From: the human T2T-CHM13v2.0 reference genome, Homo sapiens
Assembly (NCBI RefSeq): GCF_009914755.1
Contig: NC_060940.1
Strand: one strand, 5' to 3'
Length of the DNA: 64,000 nucleotides
Shown: piece after piece, positions 1 through 27,511 of the stretch
How positions within the stretch are numbered: the first letter of the stretch is position 1
Layout: every line of letters starts with the position of its first letter
Position numbers and translations under genes: made by a program
The notes under the pieces: generated by a model
The model's database searches: none
What the model saw: the letters and a program-made list of their open reading frames with translations, nothing else
Told to the model about the DNA's origin: nothing

Positions 1-242
<242 letters not shown>

Positions 243-620
243 TGTATTTTGTTTTTAATTAACTTTTTAGAATGAGTAAAATGCACACTTAAACATTCCA
301 AAGGAACAAAGGAATATTCAGTGAAAAGTGGTTCTTCTTCTAACCTGTGTCTCTTAATTTCCCAATTTTCTTCAGAGGTGACCATTGTTAACCCTTCCAA
401 AAGAAATCCTCTGCTTATACAAATATATCTTGATTGCTAACTCCCTCATTTTAAACAGGAATGACAACATATTGTTTTGTGCCGTTTAACAAACCACATG
501 TTACAGAATAAAATATGTCAGCACTTAGGGAACGGTATCATTTTTCTTAACGGCATAATAATGGTCTGATAATTTTTTTGTGGGAGGGGAGTGACACACA
601 CAGACATATAGCTAAAAAAC

Positions 621-1614
<994 letters not shown>

Positions 1615-1877
1615 TCAACAGGGAGAAAATGAAAATTCAAGTAAAGAATAGTACTGTGGCAGGTCCATGCCACTTTGTGTAATACTATTCATCCAGCAAA
1701 TACGTATTAAGCACTTACCATGTGCAAGATGCTGTGCTAGTAATATGCATGATTACAAGATGAATCAGCCCTGATCCTACCATCACAGAAGTTAGGATCA
1801 GGTAGAAGAGATAGTTTGTGCACAAATCAAGATGATGAAATACAGTACATGATGTGTCATAAGAAAGGTGCCAAAGT

Positions 1878-2212
<335 letters not shown>

Positions 2213-2589
2213 CTAGAGAAGGTGACATCCCACCTCTCAAAGATGGGCAGGATTCTGATACCTGCACAGGAGAACAAACATTCCAGGCAAAGGGAATGAA
2301 AGACATGAATAGAAGCAGAAAGATGAAAAGAATATTTGCAGAGTATTCCAAGTAGCATATTCCTTGGCATATGGAGGAGCTTGAGAAATACTTGCACAAT
2401 GAGTGGATGCATAAGTGAATAACATTAAACAAGTCTAGAAAAACAGAGTGTGTAAAGATCATGGAAGATCTAAAATATCAGGCTAAGAATTTCATTTTAT
2501 GAGTAGGCAATATGGCCAAGTGCAAAGAACCCGCTGGCCAGAGAATCAGTAGATCTGGATTCAGTTTCCTTTTCCATAAAATGGGAATA

Positions 2590-3035
2590 CAGTAGTCTCT
2601 TCTTATCTGTAGGGGATCCATTCCAAGACCGTTATGGATGCCTGAAACCATCGACAGTACTGAACCTTAAATATACTATGTTTTCTCCCATACATACATA
2701 CCTACGATAAAGTTTAATTTGTAAATTAGACATAGTAAGAGATTAACAATAATATATAATAAGATATAACAACATACCATGATAAAGTTATGCAAATGTG
2801 GCCTCTCTCTTAAAATATCTTACTGTACTGTACTTACCCTTCTTGTGATGAAGGGACAGACAGGGTGGTACAAGATTTTATCACACTACTTAGAACAGCA
2901 AGCAATTTAAAACTAGTAAGATGTTTATTTCTGGAATTTTTCCTTAATATTTTTGGACTAAGGTTGACCATGAATAACTGAAGCTGCAGGTAACTGAAAT
3001 GGCAGAAAGTGAAACCACACATAGGGGAGACTGCT
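2590..3035 (-). mobile_element. MER44-family (Tigger-derived) DNA transposon MITE
   Basis: TA + CAGTAGTC terminal repeat; internal TGGATGCCTGAAACC and ATACATACATACCTAYGATAAAGTTTAATTT matching the recalled MER44 consensus. Confidence 0.75.
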
Positions 3036-3102
3036 TTAACAAAGCCTGCCCCAGGATGGTACAGGACCTACGTATGGCCTATTACCAGACAAGAAAACTT
3101 CC

Positions 3103-3410
3103 TGGCTGGGCGCAGTAGCTTACACCTGTAATCCCAGCACTTTGGGAGGCCAAGGCGGGCAGATCACCAGAGATCAGGAGTTCAAGACCACTCTGTCCAC
3201 ATGGTGAAACCCCATCTCTACTAAAAATACAAAAAACATTAGTGAGGTGTGGTGGTGTGCACCTGTAGTCCCAGCTACTCAGGAGGCTGAGGCAGGAGAA
3301 TCGCTTGAACCCAGAAGGCGGAGGTTGCAGTAAGCCAAGATGGCACCACTGCACCCTATCCTGACAAGAGCAAGACTCCGTCTCAAAAAAAAAGAAGAAA
3401 AAGAAAAAAG
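3103..3410 (+). mobile_element. AluS with TSD AAGAAAACTTCCT
   Basis: Alu consensus and TSD. Confidence 0.9.
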
Positions 3411-3456
3411 AAAACTTCCTAAAAACTGATGTGTTTTTATTGGTCGAGTCTGCTTA

Positions 3457-3720
<264 letters not shown>

Positions 3721-3901
3721 CTATTCTTTCAAAAACACCCCTCAAGAAGGTAGGGAGATTCAGGAGCTGAATCTGATCAACCATATGTCAATAGCAATCT
3801 CACAAACACCACCACTACTGTTAACGCAACTGTTATTGATGATGATCAAGACCATTGACAGATATCATACAATGTTAATAACGTGATCAAATCATTCTCT
3901 C

Positions 3902-4895
3902 TTTTTTTTTAGACAGAGTCTCACTCTGTTACCCAGGCTGGAGTGCAGTGGCGCAATCATGGCTCACTGTAACCTCTGCCTCCTGGGCCTAAGCTATCCT
4001 CCACCTCAGCCTCCCAACTAGCTGGGATCACAGGCATGTGCCACCATGCCTGGCTAGTTTTTGTATTTTTTGTAGAGGCAGGGTTTCATCAATGTTTCCC
4101 AGGCTGGTCTCAAACTCCTGAGCTCAAGCTATCCGCCTGCCTTGGCTTCCCAAAGTGCTGGGATTACAGGTCTGAGTCACAGAGCCCAACTTTTTTTTTT
4201 TTTTTCTTCTTGAGACAGAGTCTCACTCTGTTGCCCAGGCTAGAGTACAGTGGTGCAATCTTGGCTCACTGCAACCTCTGCCTCCTGGGTTCAAGCAATC
4301 CTCCCACCTCAGCCTCCCAAATACCTGGGATTACATGTGCACACAACCACAACCTGCTAATTTTTGTAATTTTTGTAGAGACAAGGTTTTGCCATGTTGC
4401 CCAAACCCAGGCTGGCCCTGAACTCTTGAGCTCAAGCAATTCATTCTCCTCGGCCTCCCAAAGTGCTGAGATTACAGGAGTAAGCCAGCACGCCTGGCCT
4501 ACTTCATTTTCTTACCTAATTGCCCTGGATAGAACCATACAGCCACCAACTCACTATTAAGGTTTTTTTAGAACATGCTTGCGCCAGGCGTGGTGGCTCA
4601 CGCCTGTAATCCCAGCACTTTCGGAAGCCGAGGTGGGTGGATCACGAGGTCAGGAGTTTGAGACCAGCCTGACCAACATGGTGAAACCCCATCTCTACTA
4701 AAAATACAAAAATTAGCCAGGCCTGGTGGCGCATGCCTGTAATCCCAGCTACTCGGGAGGCTGAGACAGGAGAATTGCTTGAACCCAGGAGGTGGAGGTT
4801 GCACACGCTGAGATCAAGCCATTGCACTCCAGCCTGGGCAACAGAGTGAGACTCTGTCTCAAAATCAATCAATCAATCAATCAATAAATAAATAA
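3902..4895. mobile_element. Cluster of three Alus (two antisense AluJ-like, one sense AluS with (ATCA)n(ATAA)n tail)
   Basis: Alu consensus matches. Confidence 0.88.
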
Positions 4896-4919
4896 AACAT
4901 GCTTGCTTGTTCTAGAGAC

Positions 4920-5860
4920 ATAGTAAGAGAAGACACCCTTGTCTTGTTCCTCATCTTAGGGGGAAAGAATCACACGTTTCACCAGTAAGTATGATATTAG
5001 CTGAGGGTTGTTTTTTTAAAAAATTTTTGTAGGACAGGGTCTTACTGTGTTCCAAGGTTTGGTCTCCAACTTCTGGCCTCAAGAGATCCTACTGCTTTGG
5101 TCTCCCAAAGTGTTAGGATTGCAGGCATGAGCCACCACACCTGGCCAGCTGTGGTTTTTCACAGATGCTCTTTATCAGGCTGAGAAGTTCCCCTCTATTC
5201 CAAATTTGTTGAGTGTTTCTACCACGAAAGGATATTGAATTTTGTTAAATGTTTTCTTCTGAGTCTATGAGGTGATCATGTGTTTTTTGTCCTTTTTTCT
5301 ATTAATATGGTGTATTATTAGGATGGTGCAAAAGTAATTGCGGTCTTGGCCACTACTTTTAATTGATTTTCAGATGTTAAATCAACCTTGTGTTCCTAGG
5401 ATAAATTCCACTTGGTCATAGTATATAATCCTCTTTATATATTGCTAGACTTGCTTTACTAGGGTTTTGTTGAGTTAAATTTTTTTTTTTTTTTGAGACA
5501 GAATCTCTCTGTCGCCCAGGCTGGAGTGCAGAGGCGCCATCTCGGCTCACTGTAAGCTCTGCCTTCTGGGTTCACGCTATTCTCCTGCCTCAGACTCCTG
5601 AGTAGCTGGGACTACAGGAGCCTGTCACCACCACTGGCTAATTTTTTGTATTTTTAGTACAGATGGGGTTTCACGGTGTTAGCCAGGATGGTCTCGATCT
5701 CCTGACCTTGTGATCTGTCCGCCTTGGCCTCCCAAAGTGCTGGGACTACAGGCGTGAGCCACCGCGCCCAGCCTTGTTGAGTACCTTTATGTCTATATTC
5801 ATAAGAGCTACTGGTCTGAAGTTTTCTGTGATATTTTTGTCTGGCTTTGTTATCTCACAT
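4920..5860 (-). mobile_element. Old L1 fragment interrupted by a FLAM/Alu monomer (about 5010-5147), a half MADE1 (about 5317-5362) and an AluY-like element (5481-5773)
   Basis: Antisense L1 ORF2-like words (cttgtcttgttcctcatctt, gggataaatcccacttgg-like); MADE1 TIR TTAGGATGGTGCAAAAGTAATTGCGG. Confidence 0.7.
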
Positions 5861-5938
5861 TAGATTTCTATTGAATGGTGCTCTTCTAATCTCTAATGTG
5901 GTAGCTTTTTTTTTTAAATAGAAGCTGGTATTTATTAA

Positions 5939-8670
<2,732 letters not shown>

Positions 8671-8825
8671 AAACTAATACCCTTAGGTGTTCACTTTATC
8701 TTGAGATAATACCCTTTACATTTCAAGCTGAACTGGTGTTTATAACAGAAAGTTTAAAAAATGGTCACTTGTCCAATTGACCCTGTTGGAATTTACATTA
8801 GCTCTTGCTGAGATGCACAGACTCA

Positions 8826-8963
<138 letters not shown>

Positions 8964-9199
8964 TTATCTAATCCAATCACTTAGCTGAAGGGTGAATCTC
9001 ATTTCCAAGTCCTTTTTTCCTTCCACTATGTTCTCCTTAGACTTTAACAATGCTTCATTTTGCACTTATGTTGCATGATTGTTATCTTACGTATATCTTA
9101 TTCCACCTGGCAGATGAGCACCATAATAGGAAGAAATAAACTTTTAATCAGTATCATTAGCATAGTGCCTAATACAGGAAGGCATTTAAAATACAATGC

Positions 9200-9840
<641 letters not shown>

Positions 9841-10159
9841 CTAAACAAAAAACACCACACACATCTTGCTGAAATGAAATTTCCAGTGACAGTTACCAAA
9901 ATTTTTCTTCTTGGTGCATAGTCAGTAGCCAGGGGTTATAAATATAATTATCTCTCATTCAAGCCATTTATTGTGCAACCTCAATTTATGTAACATTTTT
10001 ATGCTTCGGTTTTTTCATCTGTAAAACTAGGATAGCAATACCAATCTCACTGGGCTGTTGAATGAGTCAAACAGGAAACCACACAAAGTGCTTAACATGG
10101 TATGTGGCATATAGTTCAACAACAGCCATTAAAATTAACCATACATTTTTATTTTTTGC

Positions 10160-11660
<1,501 letters not shown>

Positions 11661-12517
11661 CACACACATCTTGCTGAAAAACGTATCAGAAACTGCTAGA
11701 GTTAGTGCAAGTTTATACTTGAAAATACTCAAAGATATCAACGATCACCTCTCCCTCAGGCTGAAACTGCCTTTTGTGCTCAACTTTGCTAGAAGTTTGG
11801 TCTGGGAAACAGCTGACAAGCTTAGAGCTTAGATCTCTTTTGACTAGCAAGGAACCCAACTGACATTCGAAAGTGAATTGACAGCATCGAGTTGCCACTG
11901 AAAATTAAAGGAGGCAGGAAATAGAACGTTATGAACTGAAAGGAATTGGAGAATAGTCCACACCCCTCATTTGATAAAATATCAAGGGTACCAGAGATGA
12001 AGTGACTTGTCCAAGATTAGAGAATTGTGTCTGAGTCTTAAAAGCTAAACCTCTACAAAGATGTGCATTTGACCAAAACGCTAAAATCACACCCCCAAAT
12101 CACTCCCCACAAGAGGAAGTCTTAAAACGCTTCAAGAAGTTAATCTGCAAAGGCTTCCCTCTTAAATAACAGGATGAGAGCGTTTCATAATTTGTAAATT
12201 AAGCCAATGCAAAAGGGCGCTTATTATTTTGAGAACCAAGCAATTTGGCAAATACTCTCAGACTAACTTTACTCCCGTGGAGAAACTGGTGATCATGGAT
12301 CAGGGAAATCAACGGGGGTCTAGGGAGGAGAGGCTGCAGATCGCCCAGGTATCAGGGAAGACAAGCTCGGCGCGTCCGACAGCGTGAAAAGAGTTGACAG
12401 GACTACTCATATACCCGACTAGCTTCCGCTTCTTTGTTTTCCCGCTTTTTTGTATCCCCCAGCAAGGAGAGTTTCCCACAGCCCGGATTTCCCGACTGAA
12501 GGCTCCCACTCTCCCTA

Positions 12518-12850
<333 letters not shown>

Positions 12851-12969
12851 CTATTCTCCTGGAAAAAGCAAAGCAATAAAGCATGTTTAAATAATTTGTA
12901 ATGCCGTGTGGAAGCAAGACGGAAGCATTTTTTAAAAATTATATATATTCTTCAGGCGCGGATTGGGTG

Positions 12970-13109
12970 CCTTTTTCCGCCGCGCGCCACCAGAATGTCC
13001 CTGTCTTGAGGTCTAATGGCGGACGCCAGTATGTTGGAGTTGGTGGTGGCTTAAGTTTTGAAGGGAGGTAGCATCCGTTGGATATCCACACCATCCTTCT
13101 CGCTGCAGG
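12970..13109 (+). other. SF3B3: SF3B3 exon 1 (non-coding 5'UTR; start approximate)
   Basis: CpG-rich segment ending at donor AGG|GTAAAA; splices to the acceptor at 15768; TSS cannot be fixed from sequence. Confidence 0.8.
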
Positions 13110-13667
13110 GTAAAAAAACAGCCTGGAGACTTCCCCGGGCCCGGGGAGGCGGAGACCGGCCATATGGAAGGGGGACCCGAGACTTTGGCGGGGGTCACGG
13201 GCAGTCTAGGCCCGAGAGGCTGGGGACCAGGAGGAGGTACCGAGGGATGGTTGAGGCGCCAAAACGGCTTCCTGCAGTTATCTCTCGCTTCCATCCACAG
13301 TGTGGGAACATATTCTATCTCAAAATAGGGCTCGTGGAGATTGCTTTTAACTTCTGGGGACTCTGAGACGGGGGAGGTGTGACAAGCAGCGGGAGGCATG
13401 GATGTCTCCCTCTGGGTAGAGTAAATGGTACACCGAGGGGAAGATAGAAAGATGGAGCGTGTTAAAAGCGTAAATAACGGAAACAGTCTTTAGAGCCAAG
13501 ACTCCGGTTTGAATTTGTATTTTGGTAGTTGGGCAACTTGTCTCCTCCTCTGAACCTCTATTTTCTCGTTTGCGTAATGGAGGACAGAGTTTAAATGCGA
13601 TGATGTTTCCTTGGAGGATGGAGAAGATGCAGTGAGCAATCATACAAGCTTTTTGTAATAATGGTAA

Positions 13668-15721
<2,054 letters not shown>

Positions 15722-15837
15722 TGAAGTAATAGTCTCCCAGCTATTTTTCTGTTTTCTGTTTTCTTAGCTTTCTTGGACTCCGTACTGTTGGTGTAACCAA
15801 GGCCTGGAGGTCTGGGTGGCTCAGGTTTCCTGCAGCC

Positions 15838-15907
15838 ATGTTTCTGTACAACTTAACCTTGCAGAGAGCCACTGGCATCAGCTTTGCCATTCATGGAAAC
15901 TTTTCTG
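15838..15907 (+). CDS. SF3B3: SF3B3 exon 2 CDS (MFLYNLTLQRATGISFAIHGNFS-G); exon starts at 15768; splicing factor 3b subunit 3 (SAP130)
   Basis: gcagccATG; acceptor ttcttag|C at 15768; donor CTG|GTAAGT; recognisable SAP130/Rse1 N-terminus. Confidence 0.96.
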
Positions 15908-16639
15908 GTAAGTTCTCTCGTTACCATCTTTTGAAATTTTAAGTGAATTAATACATATCTTGCTTAGTCTCTTGTGCAGGAAATGTTTTCCATTTATGAC
16001 AAAACAGTTGTTGGTAAATGTAAACAATTCAAATTATGAGATGAGGTGTTAAGTTCTGGTGCATTATCTGTTACCTATTTCAGATGCATTTCCTAGTTCA
16101 CAAATTGTGTAATGATTCTTGTCAGGGCACACTTTTCTTGGCTGCTTACCTAGTGCCAAGTCGTGTGCCTATTGCTGTAAGACATACTGAGATGTGTAAG
16201 ACCTGATCTTTGATCTTGAATTTGACATCAGGTTGGGTAAAAAGAATGTCTGAAGGTGTTTGTCTGGTTATCAGAGAGTAATTTAAATAAAGGGAAGGTT
16301 GGACCTTGGTTTGGTGCTTGAAGAGATAGAACTTTTGTATGAGAGAAAAGGGAAAATGCAGTTTAGGTAGGGAGTGCTGTCTGCATAGAAACAGATAATT
16401 TGCTTACGTTTACCATGTGGGGAATATTTTTGTAAAGATGGATTAAGGCTAGGTTTGAATTGTGTGAAATTTCAAATATTGGATTAGGAAATACAAAGTT
16501 ACTGAAAGTGAGGTACTAATGTTTATAAAATAAAAACTTTTTCTTGCCATTTGCAGATTTAACATTTTTGAGTCAATCCAAGTAATGCAGGAGGTTCATG
16601 ATTGTGTAGAGTAAGACATAATTTTGTTGAGGTTTAACT

Positions 16640-16677
16640 CTGAATACTTAATGTGGTACTGAATACTTAATGTGGTA
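16640..16677. repeat. Exact 19-bp tandem duplication CTGAATACTTAATGTGGTA
   Basis: Copies at 16640-16658 and 16659-16677. Confidence 0.95.
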
Positions 16678-16845
16678 CTGAGAGGCAGCCTAACTGACCA
16701 CACAGCATTCATATTTCATGTTGTTATTTTCTCTGATCCTCATTATGGCTCTTCCTGCGGGTTTGAGTCTTCATTTGGGTAATTTAGTTATTCTTTGCTG
16801 CATTTGATTAAGGAAATACGTATATGGGAATTTGGAGATTTGTGA

Positions 16846-18050
<1,205 letters not shown>

Positions 18051-18053
18051 TAG

Positions 18054-18380
18054 GAACCAAACAACAAGAAATTGTTGTTTCCCGTGGGAAGATCTTGGAG
18101 CTGCTTCGCCCAGACCCCAACACTGGCAAAGTACATACCCTACTCACTGTGGAAGTATTCGGTGTTATCCGGTCACTCATGGCCTTTAGGCTGACAGGTG
18201 GCACCAAAGACTACATTGTAGTTGGCAGTGACTCTGGTCGAATTGTTATTTTGGAATACCAGCCATCTAAGAATATGTTTGAGAAGATTCACCAAGAAAC
18301 CTTTGGCAAGAGTGGATGCCGTCGCATCGTTCCTGGCCAGTTCTTAGCTGTGGATCCCAAAGGGCGAGCCGTTATGATTA
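18054..18380 (+). CDS. SF3B3: SF3B3 exon 3
   Basis: tag|GA...TTA|GTAAGT; 327 nt; [21 protein letters not shown]...GRAVMI. Confidence 0.97.
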
Positions 18381-18689
18381 GTAAGTGATTTACTCTACTT
18401 GCTGTATATGCCTAGTTTAGGATAACAATGCTGTGCTCTTGGTGGTGTGCCAGTGCCAATTAATTACTTATGTGGGTTTGGCATCATGTTTGGATTTACT
18501 CTAGGTTTAAAGTTGCATTTCCTTTTTAAAAGAGTTGCATTTTCTTTTAAAACAATGGGAAAAATCTTAACACACCTTTCTACTTCCCATCTAGTTGGAA
18601 ATGGGTGTTTTTCAATTTCTTTTTCTTTGGCAAAAAGACTACAATGAAATGATCTTATGTTATTAGACAGTGAATATCGTTGCTTTCAT

Positions 18690-18767
18690 CAGCCTGAAGT
18701 GATGATTCACATTCATGTCTCTTCTCTGATAAATTCTTGAAGAAAATTTTTGTGTGTCTGATCAGGC
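18690..18767 (+). ncRNA. SNORD111B: Box C/D snoRNA SNORD111B in SF3B3 intron 3
   Basis: Terminal stem GCCTGA/TCAGGC; C box GTGATGA 18699-18705; D' CTGA 18726-18729 preceded by guide TCATGTCTCTTC (complement of 28S GAAGAGACATGA); C'-like TTGAAGA; D CTGA 18758-18761. Confidence 0.92.
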
Positions 18768-18959
18768 CTCTAGAGGGCAGTCATAAATCGTTAGATCTAT
18801 TTCAGAGAATAAGGCTAATGATAATTTTATGAATTACTGTTTTTCAGTATCCTTAAATGTAGGACTCATTAAAAAATTTTGACTAGTTAGTGGGATATTT
18901 AAGACCTGTATTAGGAAGAAGGGGGCCACAATGATGCCATTGTCTTTAAAAAAATTTAT

Positions 18960-19775
<816 letters not shown>

Positions 19776-19933
19776 ATTCTGATGATAGAAAACAGAATCC
19801 TGAGTTTTTATACTTGTAGAGTTACTGCTGTTAATAATGATTAAAAGAAAAGCATGATGTGACTCTAGCTGTTCTATAAGTCTCTCTTCTCATTATCTGG
19901 GAATCTTGTATGTTTTATCTCCTTCAACTACAG

Positions 19934-20106
19934 GTGCCATTGAGAAACAGAAATTGGTGTATATTTTGAACAGAGATGCTGCAGCCCGACTTACCATTTC
20001 ATCTCCCCTGGAAGCCCACAAAGCAAACACTTTAGTGTATCATGTAGTTGGAGTAGATGTCGGATTTGAAAATCCAATGTTTGCTTGTCTGGAAATGGAT
20101 TATGAG
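19934..20106 (+). CDS. SF3B3: SF3B3 exon 4
   Basis: cag|GT...GAG|GTAATG; 173 nt; [14 protein letters not shown]...EMDYE. Confidence 0.97.
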
Positions 20107-20174
20107 GTAATGGGGACCCTGTCTCTTTGCGTTTCTTTCAGTCACCTCAGTGTTTTTTTTTAAGATTGTTTTCC

Positions 20175-21646
<1,472 letters not shown>

Positions 21647-21667
21647 TTATGCCACTATTCTCTGTAG

Positions 21668-21809
21668 GAAGCAGACAATGATCCAACAGGGGAAGCAGCA
21701 GCTAATACCCAGCAGACACTTACTTTCTATGAGCTAGACCTTGGTTTAAATCATGTGGTCCGAAAATACAGTGAACCTTTGGAGGAACACGGCAACTTCC
21801 TTATTACAG
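21668..21809 (+). CDS. SF3B3: SF3B3 exon 5
   Basis: tag|GAA...CAG|GTACTT; 142 nt; EADNDPTGEAAANTQQTLTFYELDLGLNHVVRKYSE. Confidence 0.96.
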
Positions 21810-23079
21810 GTACTTTTCTTTCAGAGCTGCTTTGTACCCTTTTACTTGGTTCATTTTATGCCCAAACCTAATAGGTTTTACTTAAAGGGTTTGGGAATTA
21901 ATCCATTTGTTGTGAACCTGAATACCTTATCTTTTGGACAGGTTAGAAGTTCATGTGGTGGAGTGATTTTAAAAAGTGTTGGGGATAAAGACTGCCTAGC
22001 TCCTTAATAACTCATATTCTACTGAGGGCAGGGAAGAGAAGTTGAAGGGAGCAGTCAGCTTGGAATATTGATTACTGTTAGTTGCTGTGACAGTTTGGCT
22101 GTAGTCAGTCTTTGCCTCTCATTCAAACCTAACTCTTTCAAAAGCCAAACAAAATGGACAGACCCCACAAGATGGAACTTGTGAATTTGAAAACTTAAAC
22201 AAAATAGAAATATTTTTGAAGACGATTACCAGATTGATCCAAAAATAAATTAAGAACTTCAATAGACCAGCGTTAGAGAAATTGAAGCAGTAGTCCAAAG
22301 TCACTCTCCCAAAAGATTGAGGTCCAGGATTTTCAGGAAAGCTTTTATCTTCTTGTTGAGGGACATATATGTATTCCGTTTTAAAACAAGTTTCTCGGCT
22401 GGGCATGGTGGCTCACGCCTATAACCCTAGCACTTTAGGAGGCTGAGGCAGGAGCATCACTTGATCTCAGGAGTTTGAGACCATCCTGGGAAACAAGGTG
22501 AGATCTTGTCTCAATGAAAAAGTAAATATTAAAAAAAAAAGTAAAACAGATTTCTCTAGAGTAGAAAAAGAGTAAATGCTACTGTGCCGCTCTCTGAGTC
22601 TAGTATGACTACAGTATCAAAACTAGGGATGGACAGTAACAAAAAAAATTTGCAGGCTAGTTCATACGGTTGTAGATAGGAAAAGCTAACATTCCAGCAA
22701 ATCAGATTCAGTGTTTTAAATGCACATAGCTAAGTAACGTTTTTGGAGGAGCTAAAAAATGGAAAATATTTTCATGGTTGGAAATCAGTTCACCATTGGA
22801 AAATACACGTTACTAATTGATTATATTAAAAGACTAAATGAGTACAGCTACATTTGTGGTCATCTGCATTTCAGCAGGCTTGGGGAAAACTGATCTAGTT
22901 CTATTTTGAATCATTTGCACTTCAACTGATGTCTAAAATAAGATGTTGTTTGGGGAAGATACTGGAGAATAAAAATAAAGGACAGCACTTACCTTTGTTA
23001 ATACGTTAAGCAGATGAATTTTTGATCACACATCTCATTACTTGTAACATATTACCATACCTTTCATTTACAAGGGCTT

Positions 23080-24170
<1,091 letters not shown>

Positions 24171-24496
24171 TAAAAATACCGGTGGAAGGTCCATGTCCAG
24201 TAGGTGATTTGATGTATTATAGGTCTGAAGATGGGGTCTGAAGATGAGAACTGCATTTGGGCTTGGAGGTAAACATTTGGATACGTTATCCAGGCTGAGA
24301 CCAAACCTTCCATGTAAACACAAACTGTGCTTCATCCTTATCTACCATGAACATAAGGGAGGAGAAACACATGAAATGTTTCTTAGCATCAGGCACATTA
24401 CCATCATCAAGTTGTGCTGAAAGAGAGGAGGAGTTGAAAGCTGAAGAAATTCATGTCTGAGTCAAAGTCACTGCTAAGTTTTATTTTCTCTCACAG

Positions 24497-24609
24497 TTCC
24501 AGGAGGGTCAGATGGTCCAAGTGGAGTACTGATCTGCTCTGAAAACTATATTACTTACAAGAACTTTGGTGACCAGCCAGATATCCGCTGTCCAATTCCC
24601 AGGAGGCGG
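24497..24609 (+). CDS. SF3B3: SF3B3 exon 6
   Basis: cag|TT...CGG|GTAAGA; 113 nt; [37 protein letters not shown]. Confidence 0.96.
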
Positions 24610-25356
24610 GTAAGATCTTTGATATAAGAAGAGAGAGATTTGTGTTTAATTTTTGTGATTACAGTGTAGTCTCTTAGTTTGTTACCAATTTAGTTTTTTT
24701 GTAAATTAAAAAAAAAATTCAGTGACCCTGGGGCAGGGACGTAAATGTTGTTTTTAATAAAGCTGGTGAAATATTTTAGTAAAAGCCAAACAAATTCTCT
24801 TAGAAAGGGAATTAAAACTAATCTAATTTCTATTTCAGAGGAACCTGTGGACAATTATTAATTTGAAATTCCTGAATGTTTCTAGTTTGGAGAAACCAGG
24901 CATATTTGTTAGAGATAGGTTGCCTTTTATTCTATTTGGTTTTTTTTTTTTTCCAACATTTTTATTTTGAAAATTCCAACATACAGAAAGTTTAAAAACA
25001 ATGAACAATGAATTCCCACATGCCTTTTAGATTAATCCGTTATTAATATTTTGCTACATTTGTTTTTTCTTTCTCATGATATATCCATATACTTTCTAGG
25101 CTAAGCAATTTGAAAAGAAGTTACAGGCATTATGATGCCTCACTCCAGTAATCTTCTAAGATAATGGCTCCCGAGAACAAGGACATTTTCCTACATTACC
25201 AGATTGCCAATATCATACCCAAGAAATTGTAACATTTTGTGTAGTATAGTTACCTTATGTATAGTTTATATTCATATTTCTCTCATTATCCCAAAAAGTT
25301 CCTTTGTAATTAATTGGCCTTTAGTCTCCCTTAGTTCAGGATATTTCCCTCTCACC

Positions 25357-26297
<941 letters not shown>

Positions 26298-26562
26298 AGC
26301 TAATTCTCTTATAGTCTGTCCCATAGTTTGTTTCCTCATGATTATATTGAGTTTAATATTTCTGATATAATTACTACATAGGGAGTGATGTATAAGTGAT
26401 ACATATTCTCCACTATGTCACACATTGTGTGTACATAATGTTGGTTTATCTGATTGAGACATTAAATTGGTCACTTTGTTAAGGTGGTGCCTGCCCATTG
26501 TCTTCATTGTAACGGTATTGTTTCTTTTTTGGTAACTGATAATGGAATTTGATGGTGATCTT

Positions 26563-26612
26563 TGAGACTAATGAATATCCCTCTTCCTGAGACTAGTGAA
26601 TATCCCTCTTCC
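26563..26612. repeat. 25-bp tandem duplication TGAGACTA(A/G)TGAATATCCCTCTTCC
   Basis: Copies at 26563-26587 and 26588-26612, one mismatch. Confidence 0.92.
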
Positions 26613-27193
26613 CCGGCGTCTTTTCACCTGGTGGTTTTGGTGTGGATTCTTTGAATCATTTACTGCCATCTCTCCCCTCAATCCCCTGGATTATTTATTT
26701 GCTGTTAAATATTTATCTGTTCTGGGGTTGAACTTTAGGATTTAATTTAATGTAATATGTAGTACGTAAGATTCCAGCAATTTTAGAAAACCTTAGAAGA
26801 AATTTGGCAAGTTAAATTCTTCTTGTTAAGGGATAGGAAGTCACTAAGTTGATTAGACATTGAGCACCTAACTGTGCCAGGCACTGTATTTGGCTTTGCA
26901 ATAACAAAGTCTAAAACTTCTTGCAGAGCAGAGCTTACTCGGTGGGAGAAATAGAAACTGTTGGAAACGTTAAAAAACGCAAGGCAGGTGCAGTGATGTG
27001 CCTCTGATCCCCAGCTACTTGAGAGGCTGAGGCGGGAGGATCCCTTGAGCCCAGGAGTTAGAGACCAGTCTGGGCAACATAGTGAGACCTTGTCTTTAAA
27101 AGAAAAAAAATTCAAAGTCATACCTAAGGAGGTGCCTTTTAGGAATCAGGCATTTGATGTAGAACAGGGTAATTTGGATGGAGCAGTGTTTCA

Positions 27194-27287
27194 CAGCCTG
27201 AAATGATGACTCTTTAAAAAATTTCATGTCTCTTCTCTGACATTTTTCTCTGGACACAGTTTTTGCCTTATGAATCTGATCAGGCTG
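27194..27287 (+). ncRNA. SNORD111: Box C/D snoRNA SNORD111 (HBII-82) in SF3B3 intron 6
   Basis: Terminal stem ACAGCCTGA/TCAGGCTGT; C box ATGATGA 27203-27209; same 28S guide TCATGTCTCTTC before D' CTGA 27237-27240; D CTGA 27276-27279. Confidence 0.92.
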
Positions 27288-27511
27288 TAGAGTGGAATTG
27301 GGACTCTTTTGGTTACCCAGATTTTATTAGATATTTATATTAGAATTTTGAGCTGTGGGGTTCCAGTGCTCTGGCTGGCAGGACACTGTGGATCAAAGCT
27401 TGTGCCTTTAGGCCTTTAATGTCATTTGTAATCCCTATTGGTAAAGTGCTGAATTCCAGAACTAAGAAGTACCCATTTCTAAGACATTGATTGTGTTTTT
27501 GACTTTGCTAG

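Noticed and set aside
13089-13109. SF3B3 exon 1 ends in an acceptor-like CCTTCTCGCTGCAG
   Set aside because: No upstream plus-strand donor or exon is evident
24441-24462. AAATTCATGTCTGA resembling the SNORD111 guide
   Set aside because: Only about 10 nt match, no C box or stem, and too close to the exon 6 acceptor
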